DNA of 64,000 bases from positions 2,336,001-2,400,000 of the forward strand of contig CAXVYR010000004.1 in assembly GCA_963666975.2 (NCBI GenBank). The letters are read 5' to 3'. Positions within the stretch are counted from its first letter, which is position 1. Each line of letters starts with the position of its first letter. Origin of the DNA: Terriglobia bacterium. GTDB taxonomy: Bacteria; Acidobacteriota; Terriglobia; 2-12-FULL-54-10. A model generated the notes under the pieces. The model was not told where the DNA came from and did not search any database. It was given only the letters and a program-made list of their open reading frames with translations. Made by a program: the position numbers and the translations under genes. Shown piece after piece: positions 1 through 10,816 of the stretch.

Positions 1-125
1 TGTCTTTCAGGCAGATGTCTTTGGGCATCTGATTTTCAGACGACTCCCCAAAAGGAAAGCCTGCTTCCCAGCGGGTCCGCCAGGTAGTTTTTCCCCTTCG
101 GGTTGAAAAAACGGGTTGAAAAGAA

Positions 126-914
126 GTGTCACCAGAGGCTGCCGACTTTCCCGCCGATTCTCCCGCCGATTCTCCCATAGAGGAACCCGTCAGCCTCTGT
201 TCCCGGGGAGAAGACTGCGCCATTCTGTTTGCAAAATACCCGGTCCCGGGACGAGTCAAAACCCGCCTGTCTCCTCATTTAACCCCTGAACAAGCCTGCC
301 GGCTCCACTGCGCTTCCACCAGCGACGTGGCGGAGTTGTTGTCCCATGCGCTGCCTCAAGCTCGGAAATGGATCTTCTGGAGCGAGCGTCCGCCGGTAGA
401 AAAGGACGCGGAAAAGGACAAGGGCGGCGAGGTTCGTGTGCCCTCCGAATTCCGCTGCGGGGTCCAGGAAGGCGGGAATTTAGGGGAGCGGATGGGCGCC
501 GCGTTTGCCCGCGCTTTGGCCTCCGGGGCGCGAGGCGTAGTGCTGTTCGGCAGTGACAGCCCGACGCTGCCCGCCATAACCGTGCAGCGGGCCTTTGACG
601 CCTTGCTGGATTGTGATCTCGTCCTGGGCCCCACCGAAGACGGAGGTTACTATCTGATGGGGTGCCGCCGTTTCGATGAGCAGTTGTTCCGGAATGTCGA
701 GTGGAGCACGCGGCGGACATACGAGCAGACCATGGCCAACGCGCAGCGGCTCGATTACCGTGTCCGTGTGCTCGAAAGCTGGTTTGACCTGGATCAATGG
801 AGCGATGTGGAGCGGCTGATAGCTGACGCGCGCCGGGGCCGCTCGCTGCCCGCCCACATGGCGGCTTTCCTGAAGCAACTGGAGACCGCAGGCAGTTCGG
901 AGGAACCGTGTTGA
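126..914 (+). CDS. DUF2064 / TIGR04282-family glycosyltransferase (GT-A-like)
   Basis: Motifs FAKYPVPGRVKTRL, QEGGNLGERM, GSDSPTL, VLGPTEDGGYYL and WFDLD. Confidence 0.85.
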   Translation: MSPEAADFPADSPADSPIEEPVSLCSRGEDCAILFAKYPVPGRVKTRLSPHLTPEQACRLHCASTSDVAELLSHALPQARKWIFWSERPPVEKDAEKDKGGEVRVPSEFRCGVQEGGNLGERMGAAFARALASGARGVVLFGSDSPTLPAITVQRAFDALLDCDLVLGPTEDGGYYLMGCRRFDEQLFRNVEWSTRRTYEQTMANAQRLDYRVRVLESWFDLDQWSDVERLIADARRGRSLPAHMAAFLKQLETAGSSEEPC

Positions 915-926
915 ATTCTCCGCCAT

Positions 927-1553
927 TCACCGTTTTTCGCAGACAGCAAACCCGTCCCGCACGGGCAGGATCGTAGCGAACAGGTCGGGCGAGGAGTAGA
1001 TCAGCCGGTTGAACTCCGCGATGCCCCGCGTGGCTTCATCGCCGGGCGGCTCGGTGACGCGCCCGCTCCACAATACATTGTCCGCCAGGAACAACCCGCC
1101 GCTACGAATCCGCGGCACCGCCTTGTGGAATACCTCGGGGTAATCCTTCTTCTCCACGTCGTTAAAAATAATATCGAAGATGCCCGGAGTCTGGTCCAGT
1201 AGCTCCAGCGCGTTCCCCTGCAAAATCCGAATCCTGTCCAGAACTCCGGCGCGCTGGAAAAACTGCCTGGCCTGTTCCGCATTGGCCGGGTCGCTGTCGG
1301 TGTAATAGATAACGCAACCTGCCCGCGCAGCCCTGGCGATCCAGATCGTCGAGTATCCGATGGCCGAGCCCATCTCGAAGACCACCTTGGCCCCCGCGAG
1401 CCGGACCAACTGATGCAGGATGCGGCCCACCACGGGCCCGATGATGGGAATGCGGCGCTCCCGCGCCAGCGCCTCCATCTCCTCGAGCACCGGGTCACGG
1501 GCTGGCAATAGCTCCTGCAAATATCGGTTCACGGCCGGGTCTGTAATATCCAT
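927..1553 (-). CDS. Class I SAM-dependent O-methyltransferase
   Basis: EMGSAIGYSTIW SAM motif, FDIIFND and LADNVLWSG; start placed at MDITD (1553). Confidence 0.85.
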   Translation of the reverse strand: MDITDPAVNRYLQELLPARDPVLEEMEALARERRIPIIGPVVGRILHQLVRLAGAKVVFEMGSAIGYSTIWIARAARAGCVIYYTDSDPANAEQARQFFQRAGVLDRIRILQGNALELLDQTPGIFDIIFNDVEKKDYPEVFHKAVPRIRSGGLFLADNVLWSGRVTEPPGDEATRGIAEFNRLIYSSPDLFATILPVRDGFAVCEKR

Positions 1554-1654
1554 ATGCGCCACCTTGAAGAGAATCCGTTTTCTTTCCTCTTGCCATACAG
1601 CCGGAGTGGAGCGGAAAACCACAAGGGACTCTGTAACCCAGTGAATGAGGCGCC

Positions 1655-2011
1655 TCAGGCGCGGTTGCGTTCCGTGCTGGAATCTGGAACTTCAACCGTG
1701 ATCTCGCTCCGTGCCGCCTTGCTCAAGACCACGGCGCGGCAGGCGAGACGGGAGTGCAGCGAGAGGTTGCTGGTTCTGTACAGGCGGTCTTCCTCGTCCT
1801 TCTCCATCGGGGACAAGCAGTCGTCATCTTTCTTTACGATCACGTGGCAGGTGATGCAGGCGCAGATGCCCTCGCAGGAGTGACGGAGATCGACCCCGTA
1901 GTTCAGTGCGATATCGAGAATGGATTCCGCTTTGCCCTCGTTTTGGTAAGCCAGAGTGTCGGCTTCATACTCGACGGTGGTATTAGAAGGCAGGAAGATT
2001 AGCTTTGGCAT
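1655..2011 (-). CDS. fdx: ISC-type [2Fe-2S] ferredoxin
   Basis: HSCEGICACITCH...SRLAC cysteine pattern; directly downstream of iscS. Confidence 0.85.
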   Translation of the reverse strand: MPKLIFLPSNTTVEYEADTLAYQNEGKAESILDIALNYGVDLRHSCEGICACITCHVIVKKDDDCLSPMEKDEEDRLYRTSNLSLHSRLACRAVVLSKAARSEITVEVPDSSTERNRA

Positions 2012-2107
2012 AACAGGGGGCCTATTTGGGGACATCGCAGGAGCGCATCCGGGCGATAGCTTCCATATCTTCCGCGGACTTTCCTTTCCGTATTTTCGTC
2101 CGGTGAA

Positions 2108-3304
2108 TCATCCTCCTGGCTGCTTTCCGGAGTTGCTCCCGTGGTACAGGGGAGAAAGTTCCCGCAGGCGGTTCACAGCCTCCACCACGCGGTCCTTCAC
2201 GTAGTCCACCTCTTCCTCCGTATTGAAACGGCCCAGCCCAAAACGGACGGAGGATTGGATCAGGTCCTCTCTGATCCCCAGCGCCTTCAGGACATAGCTC
2301 GGCTCCACCGCCGCTGAAGTGCAGGCCGAGCCGGTGGAGAGGGCGACATCGCTGACGCCCATCAACAGGGATTCGGATTCCACACAGGCAAAGCTCAGGT
2401 TCAGGTTGTGAGGCAGCCGCTTGGTTTCGTGTCCGTTGAGATAGACTTCATCGAGTTCCGCCAGAATGCCGTCCTTCAGCCGGTCCCGCAGTTTTTGCAA
2501 ACGTTTAGAATCGGCGTCCATCTGCCCGGCGCAAATCCGGCAGGCCTCGCCCAGGCCCACAATTCCCGGCACGTTCAGGGTGCCGGAGCGCATGCCGCGC
2601 TCGTGGCCGCCGCCCTCGATCATCGGTGGCAGCGCCACACGGGGATTTTTCCGCCGTACGTAGAGACCTCCAATCCCCTTCGGCCCGTACATCTTGTGGG
2701 CGGTAAACGACAGCAGGTCAATGTTCATCTTCTCTACGTCCACCGGCACATGGCCCACCGCTTGCGTGGCATCCGTGTGGAACAGGACTCCGTTTTCCCG
2801 GGCCATGCGGCCGATGTCCGCCACGGGATGAATCGTGCCGATTTCATTGTTGGCGAGCATGACGGTGATCAAAACGGTCTGGGCGCTGATTGCCCGCCGC
2901 ACCTCGTCCGGGTCCAGCAGCCCGTCGCGGTCCACCGGGAGGTAAGTGACACGGAAGCCGGAGCGTTCCATCCGCTTGCAGGTGTCGAGCACCGCTTTGT
3001 GCTCGGTGGCAACCGTGATGATGTGATTGCCGCGCTCGCGGTGCATCTCCGCCACTCCTTGGATGGCCAGATTGTCGGACTCGGTGGCGCCGGAAGTAAA
3101 AATGATCTCTTTGGGGTGGGCGCCGATCAGTTGAGCCGTTTCTTTCCTAGCCTGCTCGACTGCTGCTTCCGCCTCCCATCCAAAGGAATGCTTGCGGCTG
3201 GCTGCGTTGCCGAATTTCTGGAGGAAATAAGGCGTCATTGCCTCAAAGACCCGCGGGTCCACGGGAGTCGTGGCGTGATGGTCCATATAGATCGGCAGCT
3301 TCAT
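2108..3304 (-). CDS. iscS: Cysteine desulfurase IscS
   Basis: [24 protein letters not shown] (PLP lysine) and STGSACTS (catalytic cysteine). Confidence 0.95.
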   Translation of the reverse strand: MKLPIYMDHHATTPVDPRVFEAMTPYFLQKFGNAASRKHSFGWEAEAAVEQARKETAQLIGAHPKEIIFTSGATESDNLAIQGVAEMHRERGNHIITVATEHKAVLDTCKRMERSGFRVTYLPVDRDGLLDPDEVRRAISAQTVLITVMLANNEIGTIHPVADIGRMARENGVLFHTDATQAVGHVPVDVEKMNIDLLSFTAHKMYGPKGIGGLYVRRKNPRVALPPMIEGGGHERGMRSGTLNVPGIVGLGEACRICAGQMDADSKRLQKLRDRLKDGILAELDEVYLNGHETKRLPHNLNLSFACVESESLLMGVSDVALSTGSACTSAAVEPSYVLKALGIREDLIQSSVRFGLGRFNTEEEVDYVKDRVVEAVNRLRELSPLYHGSNSGKQPGG

Positions 3305-3318
3305 CCGGGCACGTGCTC

Positions 3319-3951
3319 CTAGGGGCGATCCTTCAGTTTGGAAGACTCACGGTAAAGCGGGCCTTGGCGCGCCTGTTCCGGACTCCTCATCTCCATTTCG
3401 CTGATCTTCCATGCAAATAGCCGCCACAACCGGCGCGTGTAGAGAAACCCTGCGGTGCTGAGCAAAATAAGAAGTGTCAGCGGAAACGCGCAGGCACGCA
3501 GCAGGGTGTGGGAAACATCATCCAGGTTTTCACCCCACCGGATGGCGAGAAAGCGGCGCAGAGCCTGCAAGTTTCCCCAGTCCAGCCAGAAGAAGTCAGC
3601 GTTCTCGTTGACTACCAAAACCTTGGCAGGGAGCAGCAGCACACCCAGCATTTTCCAGCGCCACAGAATGGGCTCCCCCGTGCACAGAATCACCAGGATT
3701 TTCCATGCATTTTTTCGGAGCGAAAACAGCAAGCGCAACTTGCTCCAGCCGGAGGGATAATCCGTGACTCGGTATACGCTGGCAAACGCTCCGGGCGGCG
3801 GAGCAGGATGACAGGTGCACAGATGATACCGCGCGTTTGGAAAGATTTTGATAATGCTCTCCAAGGCGCGCCGTTGAACATCCGGCGAGCCGCTCTCGAT
3901 CACGAGGATATCTGCGGCTTGGGGCACCTTCCGTCTAAAAAAATACTTCAT
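3319..3951 (-). CDS. Hypothetical membrane protein
   Basis: Co-oriented 210-aa ORF in the operon, with hydrophobic segments. Confidence 0.6.
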   Translation of the reverse strand: MKYFFRRKVPQAADILVIESGSPDVQRRALESIIKIFPNARYHLCTCHPAPPPGAFASVYRVTDYPSGWSKLRLLFSLRKNAWKILVILCTGEPILWRWKMLGVLLLPAKVLVVNENADFFWLDWGNLQALRRFLAIRWGENLDDVSHTLLRACAFPLTLLILLSTAGFLYTRRLWRLFAWKISEMEMRSPEQARQGPLYRESSKLKDRP

Positions 3952-3985
3952 CGCTGGCGGGGACCGTGTCCCTTCCCGTTTTTTC

Positions 3986-4201
3986 TCAGTAGTAGTCAGA
4001 GCAAGACAGAAAGTAGCCGCAGCGGAGGCAAGCCAGCTTGCATTGCCGCCCGGTTAGCTTTGCCGAGCAATTGGGACAATATTCCAAAGGCACGCTGGCT
4101 GGTTCCCGGCTCCTCAGCGGCTGAGCATGCCCCGCACCCTCGGGCCGGGCCGGTTGCGGGTCGTCCCTCAGGCTGGGAGATGGCTTCTTTCCTGCATCCA
4201 T
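3986..4201 (-). CDS. Small zinc-finger protein (CPxC...CxxxCxxCG...SCSDYY)
   Basis: C-terminal CPNC...CKLACLRCGYFLSCSDYY; co-oriented with its neighbours. Confidence 0.65.
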   Translation of the reverse strand: MDAGKKPSPSLRDDPQPARPEGAGHAQPLRSREPASVPLEYCPNCSAKLTGRQCKLACLRCGYFLSCSDYY

Positions 4202-4316
4202 CGGAAGAATTATAAACGCTCCACTGGGAAGGCTTCAACCGGGTTCGCCAGAAGACCGGTCTCCTCCAGTCTCTGTTGTTGCCGCCGACCCTTTCTGCCA
4301 GCCGCCGGGTCACTTG

Positions 4317-5105
4317 CTAGAGGTCGGGCTCGGCCTTCTGCGACTCCTGCAGAGGGGCTTCCGGGCGCAGGTAGCGTTTCGTCAGCCCCTCCTGCAAGAG
4401 TTTGAGGGCCGTTTCGGGGTCGTCGGCAAACTGAAACAGATCCATGTCGCTTGCGCTGATGGTTCCGTGTCGAACCAGGGCCTCGAAGTTGATTACCTCG
4501 TTCCAGAACTCGGAGCCGTAGAGCAGAATGATGAGCCTCTTGTTCATCTTCTGAGTTTGGACAAGCGTCAGGACCTCCATCATCTCATCCAGCGTTCCGA
4601 ATCCGCCGGGGAAAAAGACCACGGCTTTGGCCAGGTAAGCAAACCAGAACTTGCGCATGAAGAAGTAATGGAATTGGAAGGAAAGCTCCGGTGTGATGTA
4701 GGGATTCGGGTACTGCTCGAATGGCAGTCCGATATTCAAGCCGACCGTCTTCCCGTTTGCATCCTGGGCCCCTAGATTTCCTGCCTCCATGATTCCCGGT
4801 CCCCCGCCGGTACAGACGACAAAGCGGCGGTTGGGGTCCTTCAGTTGGTCAGACCACTCGGTAACCATCCGCGCCAGAGTCCGCGCCTCGCGATAGTAGC
4901 GACCGAGAGAGTCTTTTTCCTCAATGCGGGCTGAGCCGAAGAAAACAACCGTATCCCGAATCCTCTCCCGGCGAAAGTGGGAGAAGGGCTCCAAGAACTC
5001 CGAAAGAATGCGCAATACCCGCGCGTCGGGACTATCCAAAAATCGTTCGTTCTTGTAAGCCACTGGCCGGTGATGGCCAGGCGGTGGATGATCACTCATA
5101 CTCAT
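4317..5105 (-). CDS. LOG-family (TIGR00730) nucleotide phosphoribohydrolase
   Basis: TGGGPGIMEAGN, FFMRKFWF and PGGFGTLDE. Confidence 0.9.
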   Translation of the reverse strand: MSMSDHPPPGHHRPVAYKNERFLDSPDARVLRILSEFLEPFSHFRRERIRDTVVFFGSARIEEKDSLGRYYREARTLARMVTEWSDQLKDPNRRFVVCTGGGPGIMEAGNLGAQDANGKTVGLNIGLPFEQYPNPYITPELSFQFHYFFMRKFWFAYLAKAVVFFPGGFGTLDEMMEVLTLVQTQKMNKRLIILLYGSEFWNEVINFEALVRHGTISASDMDLFQFADDPETALKLLQEGLTKRYLRPEAPLQESQKAEPDL

Positions 5106-5145
5106 AATGATGCTCCCAGAATTTTTGCCAGAAAGGAAAATAAGA

Positions 5146-6486
5146 TCAGGGAAATTCCTCTTTCAGGCGAGAAGATGATTTAGCTGGAAACCATGGGGGG
5201 TTTTCCTGTAGCAGACGAAACTTGGAGCTTGTCCCGTCCGGCTCTGCGGCGTGCCCGTCCGTCTCTGCAGCGTGAATGACAATCGGCATCGGGACGGTGT
5301 TGCCGTCCTGGTCTCTCACGTCCACGGCTTCGGAGGAAAGAGGCATGATCTTCATGGTCCTATCCTCTATTTCGACCAGCAAGAAATGGGATTGCGGCGC
5401 CCAGCCGGCGATGTATGCATCTTGCATTTTGCCGCGAATATCGTTCCGGCGCAACATGCCTCCAGCGCCGGTGATTACGTAACGGGCGTTGCCGGTCTTT
5501 ATGTTCCGCTCACTGAACTGAAAATTATGCTCATGGCCGTTGAAGACCACCTGCACGCCGGTTTGGCGAGACAAATCGACCAGAGGGCGCAGGGAATCGA
5601 GACTCGCCCCGTGTCCCGGTCCTGCATTAAACGGCGGGTGATGGTAGTAGGCAATCTTCCATGTCGCTTTGGCGGCGGCCAAGGCTTGCCGCAGCCATTG
5701 CATTTGACTGCCGTGCAATGCTTTTTCGGTTGTGTCGAGGGCGAAGAATTCGGCCAACCCTCCGAAGGAAAATGCGTAGTAGCGCGCCGGTTCCAGGGCA
5801 GGGAAAAAGTTGTCCAGGTATGCGCCCAGATCGCCTGCTGATTCCGATCCCTTGCTGTCGTGATTTCCAAGCGTCGGGTAAAAGGGAATATTTCGCAGAA
5901 GGCGTTCGTAAGGCTGGAAGAATTTCCGTTCCCAATGGCTGTCCTTGTCGCCGCTTCGGGTTGGGATCAAACCCAGTATTCGGTCGGCATAGATATTGTC
6001 GCCGGTCGTTAATACGAAGCGAACCGGATTGTCAGAGCGGTTTCGCGGCTCGAACTCCTTCCACATCGCCTCTGCAATTGCATATTGGGGGGGCTTGCCC
6101 GTGCCGTAGTCGCCGATCACAAAAAAAGCCAGCTTCCGGGATTTGTCCGGATAAGTTCGCACCGTGCCACCGCCGATCCTTTGCTTTCCGAGCGTGGCTT
6201 CGTATGGGTACTCCGTGTCCGGACGGAGGCCGTCCACGACAACCCAGTTCCGCTCGGAGACGATCTGTCGGTTCCCCACTTTTACGGTGACTTTTCCGAG
6301 AGAGACCGAACCTCGGCCGATGGTGTTGCCGCTGCCTTCGGTTTTCCCCCAGGCAAGCAGCACGGAATTGGTTTCGATCCGCCCTACGTAGGTGTATATC
6401 TTCTGCGCATGGGCTGGAAAGGATAACAGCAGGAGAACAGAGAACATCCACAGCGGTCCCGTCCGTAACACTCGAACATGGCTCAC
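5146..6486 (-). CDS. Secreted purple-acid-phosphatase-like metallophosphoesterase
   Basis: Signal peptide (VLLLLSFPAHA/Q), FN3-like N-domain, GDYG, GDNIY, GNHD and GHEH; GGAG RBS before GTG at 6486. Confidence 0.85.
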   Translation of the reverse strand: MSHVRVLRTGPLWMFSVLLLLSFPAHAQKIYTYVGRIETNSVLLAWGKTEGSGNTIGRGSVSLGKVTVKVGNRQIVSERNWVVVDGLRPDTEYPYEATLGKQRIGGGTVRTYPDKSRKLAFFVIGDYGTGKPPQYAIAEAMWKEFEPRNRSDNPVRFVLTTGDNIYADRILGLIPTRSGDKDSHWERKFFQPYERLLRNIPFYPTLGNHDSKGSESAGDLGAYLDNFFPALEPARYYAFSFGGLAEFFALDTTEKALHGSQMQWLRQALAAAKATWKIAYYHHPPFNAGPGHGASLDSLRPLVDLSRQTGVQVVFNGHEHNFQFSERNIKTGNARYVITGAGGMLRRNDIRGKMQDAYIAGWAPQSHFLLVEIEDRTMKIMPLSSEAVDVRDQDGNTVPMPIVIHAAETDGHAAEPDGTSSKFRLLQENPPWFPAKSSSRLKEEFP

Positions 6487-6496
6487 GGTAGCTCTC

Positions 6497-8191
6497 CTAC
6501 CAAGCGCGGTCAATTCCCACCACCTCCACGCGGTCCGGCCTTTTGCGAAGATAGACGGTGATCCTCTTTTGGGGGTCCACCACCCCCTGAATGTCGACGG
6601 CGAAGTATTCCCCGTCGGCCGATTCCAAGAGCCGGCTCGGCAGGCGAAAGGATGTTTTGCCGACGATGGACGTCTTTGCTTCCGTGTCAATTGCGGCATT
6701 CCTGTCGAGATCATTGTCGAATCGCGACCACCGGACAACATAGTCCCGCGAAGGAACCAGACGATGCTTGACGGCAAGGTCTTCAAAGACCAACTGTCCC
6801 TCTGTAACGGCAAATCGATCCAGCGGCAGTATTTTGGCGAGGAAAGCTTTTCCGATTTTGTCACGGCGCTCGATCAAACGATCAACAATCCATTCCTCGG
6901 CCTCCGGGTTGCTATATTGTCCCGTCTTCACGATGGCGCGAATCTGCGAGTCGCTGAAAGCCATCACCTGCTTGGCGGCCCAGAAGGCGTCGTCCGGGAG
7001 GCGGTTGACGAACGCCGGATTGGGATATTCGGCCACCCAACCCGCCGCGTCAAACGTCTCCGATTCGAAGCGCCCCACGGAGGGTAGGTCAGGAAACTTA
7101 GCTCGGGCCCATCGGGGCACAACCAGACCAAAGGTAAAGAACTGGATGGCGGCCGGCTTCCAGGCGAACACATACTCATGCCCGGACCTCGGAGTGTTCG
7201 GGCCGTTGCTGGCGCTTCCCAGGGTGGAGCCGAAGTCGATTAGATGATGCTCGACGTAAGAAAGGCCGTTTTCCCTCACCAGCATATCGAGCGTATTAAT
7301 GGACCGGGAATCGTCGTGGCCGAGCCAGGCGCAAAAAACACTGAGGCCGCGCAGGTCCCGCCGGTGCTCGTGAGGAACAATATCGTTGGGATCGTCCTTC
7401 CTCGTGCCGTGATACCGAAAAGGGCCCACGGGCCTGCCGGAAAGAATCAGACTTGCCACCCCCCGGTACTTCCCCTCTTCGTCGTGGGGAACTTTGAGAA
7501 GAATTTCAGTGACGTCCCGCTCCTCCATCTCCCGTTCATCGCCCACCGGGTCACGAAGCAGCACATCGTCGTCCAGCACGAGTTGCTCCCGGTTGAAAAA
7601 CACCAGGTAGTTCTCCGGCACATGGTATCCCAAGGCGTAGAAAAACTTCGACGAGATCACGTCGGCTGCCGTGGCGATTTCCGGATAATTTAGAGGGTCG
7701 AACTTCAGAATGTAGATGCGGCCTTGGGAATCGAGGATCGTAAAGCCCGGGGTAATTCCTTCCGCCTTGGCGGCAACCACCCGCCAGGGCCCCTCCAAGG
7801 ACGGCGCATTCTCATCGCCGGGACCCCGAACCAGCTCTTCCGTCGTCATCGGGTTCTGGTAATGACGGTTCGTGTACCAACTGCTGTCGGGCGCCTCTCC
7901 CAGGGTGTTGACCGCCTGTGCCGGAATCAGCTTGGTTTTTGTATGCCGTTCTCCGGGTTGGGACAACGTGTTGTAAAAAAAATCGTAGTAGTCGCTCAGC
8001 TTGCGGCTCAACACATTTTCCACGTTCATCGGGGGCGGCACTTTTGTGATGGGATCGTCCTCATAAAACTTTTGCGCGCTGAGGTTCAGTGGCAGCAGCA
8101 GCAAAAGAAGTGTGATTCTCAGGAACTGGCCGCTGAGAAGCGATTGCGAAGTCATGCGGTGTCCATTCATTAAGAAATCGACTCTGTGCAT
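6497..8191 (-). CDS. Secreted hypothetical protein with HipA/PI3K-like atypical kinase motifs
   Basis: Signal peptide LLLLLLPLNLSA/Q; KAEGITPG, ILKFD, HDDSRSIN and LIDFG. Confidence 0.7.
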   Translation of the reverse strand: MHRVDFLMNGHRMTSQSLLSGQFLRITLLLLLLPLNLSAQKFYEDDPITKVPPPMNVENVLSRKLSDYYDFFYNTLSQPGERHTKTKLIPAQAVNTLGEAPDSSWYTNRHYQNPMTTEELVRGPGDENAPSLEGPWRVVAAKAEGITPGFTILDSQGRIYILKFDPLNYPEIATAADVISSKFFYALGYHVPENYLVFFNREQLVLDDDVLLRDPVGDEREMEERDVTEILLKVPHDEEGKYRGVASLILSGRPVGPFRYHGTRKDDPNDIVPHEHRRDLRGLSVFCAWLGHDDSRSINTLDMLVRENGLSYVEHHLIDFGSTLGSASNGPNTPRSGHEYVFAWKPAAIQFFTFGLVVPRWARAKFPDLPSVGRFESETFDAAGWVAEYPNPAFVNRLPDDAFWAAKQVMAFSDSQIRAIVKTGQYSNPEAEEWIVDRLIERRDKIGKAFLAKILPLDRFAVTEGQLVFEDLAVKHRLVPSRDYVVRWSRFDNDLDRNAAIDTEAKTSIVGKTSFRLPSRLLESADGEYFAVDIQGVVDPQKRITVYLRKRPDRVEVVGIDRAW

Positions 8192-8195
8192 AGGC

Positions 8196-9293
8196 CTACC
8201 AAGTGCGATCCATCCCGACGACTTCCACACGATCGGGCTTTTTGCGAAGATAAACCGTTACCGTCTTTTTCGGGTCGCTGCCATGAATCTCAGCGGCGAA
8301 ATAATTGCCAGGCGCTGATTCCAGAAGTTGTTTTGGCAAGCGAAAGGTTGTTTCGTCGGCAATTCGCGTCTTTTGTTCCGTATCGTTGTCGAATCGCGAC
8401 CACTGGACCGCATAGTCCCGCGGGGAGATCAGACGGTGCTTGACGGCAAGGTCCTCAAACTCCAGCAGATCGCTTGTCACCTGAAAGCGATCCAGAGGCA
8501 AGACCTTTTGAAAGTAAGTCCTCCCGATCTTGTCTCTGCGGGCAATGAGGTGGGATGTGAGCCCATCCTCGGCAGCCGGGTCACTGTAGTCGGCCGTTTG
8601 GACAAGGGCCCGAATCTGTCCGTCCGTAAAAGCCATCACCTGCTTGGCGGCCCAGAACGTGTCTCCGGGCAGCCGGTTTTCAAAAGCGGGAATCGGGTAG
8701 TTGGTCTTCCACTTCTCTGGCTCGAAAAGCTGCGATTCGAAGTTGCCCAGCGACGGGAGCTTGGGATAGCGCGCCCTGGCCCAGCGAGGCACATAGAAGC
8801 CGAGGGTGAAAGCTTGCAAGGCGGACGACTTCCAGGCAAATAGATACTCATTGCCCGCCCGAGGACTTTTCGCCGTGAAGCTGTCGCTGCCCAGGCTCGC
8901 GCCAAAATCGAGCAGAAAGTGCTTGACATAACGGATGCCGTTTTCTTCCACCAACGTGTCGAGCGAGTTGAGCGACTTTGCGTCATTATGTCCCAGCCAG
9001 GCAAAGAAAACGAACAGACCTCGCAGGTCGCGGCGATGTTCGTGCGGCACTACATCGTTCGGATCGTCGCGACGGGTGCCGTAGTAGCGGAAAGGTCCCA
9101 GGATCTTGCCGCTCAGATACAGGCTGGCCACCGCACGGTATCCCTTATCAGAGTCGCGCGGCACACGCAGAAGAATTTCCCCGATATCCCGATCGTTCAT
9201 CTTCCGGTGTTTGCCGTCCGCATCCGTGAGGGTGGCATCGGGCGCCACTACGAGCTGTTGCCGCTTGAAATACACGACGTAGTTCTCCGGCAT
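8196..9293 (-). pseudogene. 5'-truncated paralogue of 6497..8191, cut by IS3
   Basis: Highly similar to residues from VPENY onward (HEHRRDLRGL, HNDAKSLN, LLDFG); the IS3 end abuts at 9295 and no N-terminal part is seen beyond the IS. Confidence 0.8.
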
Positions 9294-9294
9294 T

Positions 9295-10816
9295 TGTACG
9301 TCGTCAGATAATGTTGGACACAGAGCATAAAAAGATAAGGTGGCGTTCAGGCTCCTCTGGGTTGATGTTAGGCTGCCCTTCTTTTGAAGTGCAACCGTTT
9401 TCTTAAGATCATAGTTTTCTCTTTGATGCGATCCCGTTTTTGCAGGATGGCACTGCCTTGGCCTGTAAAAACGTCATACGGTGTCAGGTTGTTCAGGCTT
9501 TCATGGTATCGGTTGGTGTTGTAGTGGTTGACGAAGGCATCGATCTGCCGCTCCAGCTCTTCTGGCAGGTAATAGTTGTTGAGCAGGATGCGGTCTTTCA
9601 GAGTTCGGTGCCAGCGTTCGATCTTGCCCTGCGTCATGGGGTGATAGGGCTTGCCGCGAGTATGCGGCACGCTGTTTTCTGCCAGCCATGATTGCAGTTC
9701 GGAAGAGACGTAGCACGGCCCGTTGTCGCTCAGGAGGCGAGGTCTGTGCCGGGCGCCCACGCGGTCGAGGCCGGTGGCTTGCAAAGCATCCCGCAACGTG
9801 GCCGAGACGTCACTTGCGCTCATGGTTTTGCACAGCCGCCAGGCGATGATATAGCGCGAGAAGTCGTCCAGCACCGTGGACAGGTAGAACCAGCCCCAAC
9901 CGATGACTTTCAGGTAGGTGAAGTCGGTCTGCCAGAGCTGGTTGACCGCCGTGGTCGGGTTGGCGAACCGTTCCGCCGCTTTCAGGACAATAAAGGCTGG
10001 CGCGGTAATCAGGTCATGGCTTTTCAGGACGCGGTAAACCGTCGATTCAGAAAGGTAATACCGCCTTTCCTCGGTAAAACGCACCGCCAGCTCGCGTGAC
10101 GACAGATCGGGCTCGGCCAGGGCTAACGTCACCAACTGCTGAGTTATCTCCTCCGGCACCTTGTTCCAGACAGGGCCAGGATCGGGTTTTTTGTCTTCCA
10201 GCCCATCAAAGCCTTCCGACACATAGCGGTCGTACCAGTTGTAAAACGTCGATCTGGGAATGCCAACCTGCTGCAGCGTCCGGCGCACCCCCAGGGCAGA
10301 TTGCTCCACCGTGCAGATGATCTCCAGCTTCTCCGAGGCAGGGTATCTCATGTATGTTCCTCCCCATCCCCGATCACGCATGGTGGTGGCTTTTTTTAGC
10401 AGGCGATTTTCCAGCATAGCCTCGGCCAGGGCCTCTTTCAGCTGTACGGCCTGCTCCCGCAGAGTCTTGACTTCGCCACTGGTTGCCTCACGGTCTATGT
10501 CGCCCGCCAGCCGCTTGCGGCCAGCCTCCAGAAACTCCTTGCTCCAGCGGTAATACTGGTTCTGGTGCAGCCCCTCGCGGCGGCACAGCTCCGCGATGCT
10601 GTCCTCGCCGCGAAGTCCCTGCAATACAATGCGGATTTTGTCTTCCGGGCTGAACCTGCGCCGCGTCCTGCGTTTGATCTCCCGGACGGCCTTCTCGACC
10701 GCCCCCCTGTCGTCTTGTTTTTGTCTCATCTTCGTTCCTTTCAGTCTCTACGATGAGCCAAAAACATCACCTTAACTATTACCCTCTACCTGTCCAACAA
10801 GCCCTGACGGGGCACA
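9295..10816 (-). mobile_element. IS3-family element, copy 1
   Basis: TGT...ACA imperfect terminal IRs; near-identical to 38162..39673; no target duplication seen. Confidence 0.92.
9368..10729 (-). CDS. IS3-family transposase, OrfA and OrfB fused in frame
   Basis: HTH OrfA plus DDE domain (WQTDFTY, SDNG, GKIERWH) in a single 453-aa ORF. Confidence 0.88.
   Translation of the reverse strand: MRQKQDDRGAVEKAVREIKRRTRRRFSPEDKIRIVLQGLRGEDSIAELCRREGLHQNQYYRWSKEFLEAGRKRLAGDIDREATSGEVKTLREQAVQLKEALAEAMLENRLLKKATTMRDRGWGGTYMRYPASEKLEIICTVEQSALGVRRTLQQVGIPRSTFYNWYDRYVSEGFDGLEDKKPDPGPVWNKVPEEITQQLVTLALAEPDLSSRELAVRFTEERRYYLSESTVYRVLKSHDLITAPAFIVLKAAERFANPTTAVNQLWQTDFTYLKVIGWGWFYLSTVLDDFSRYIIAWRLCKTMSASDVSATLRDALQATGLDRVGARHRPRLLSDNGPCYVSSELQSWLAENSVPHTRGKPYHPMTQGKIERWHRTLKDRILLNNYYLPEELERQIDAFVNHYNTNRYHESLNNLTPYDVFTGQGSAILQKRDRIKEKTMILRKRLHFKRRAA

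Noticed and set aside
99-175. Short tandem repeats (13-bp cgggttgaaaa x2; 12-bp cccgccgattct x2), and similar ones at 16808-16846 and 23472-23492
   Set aside because: Only two or three copies each; simple slippage explains them and there is no further support for function
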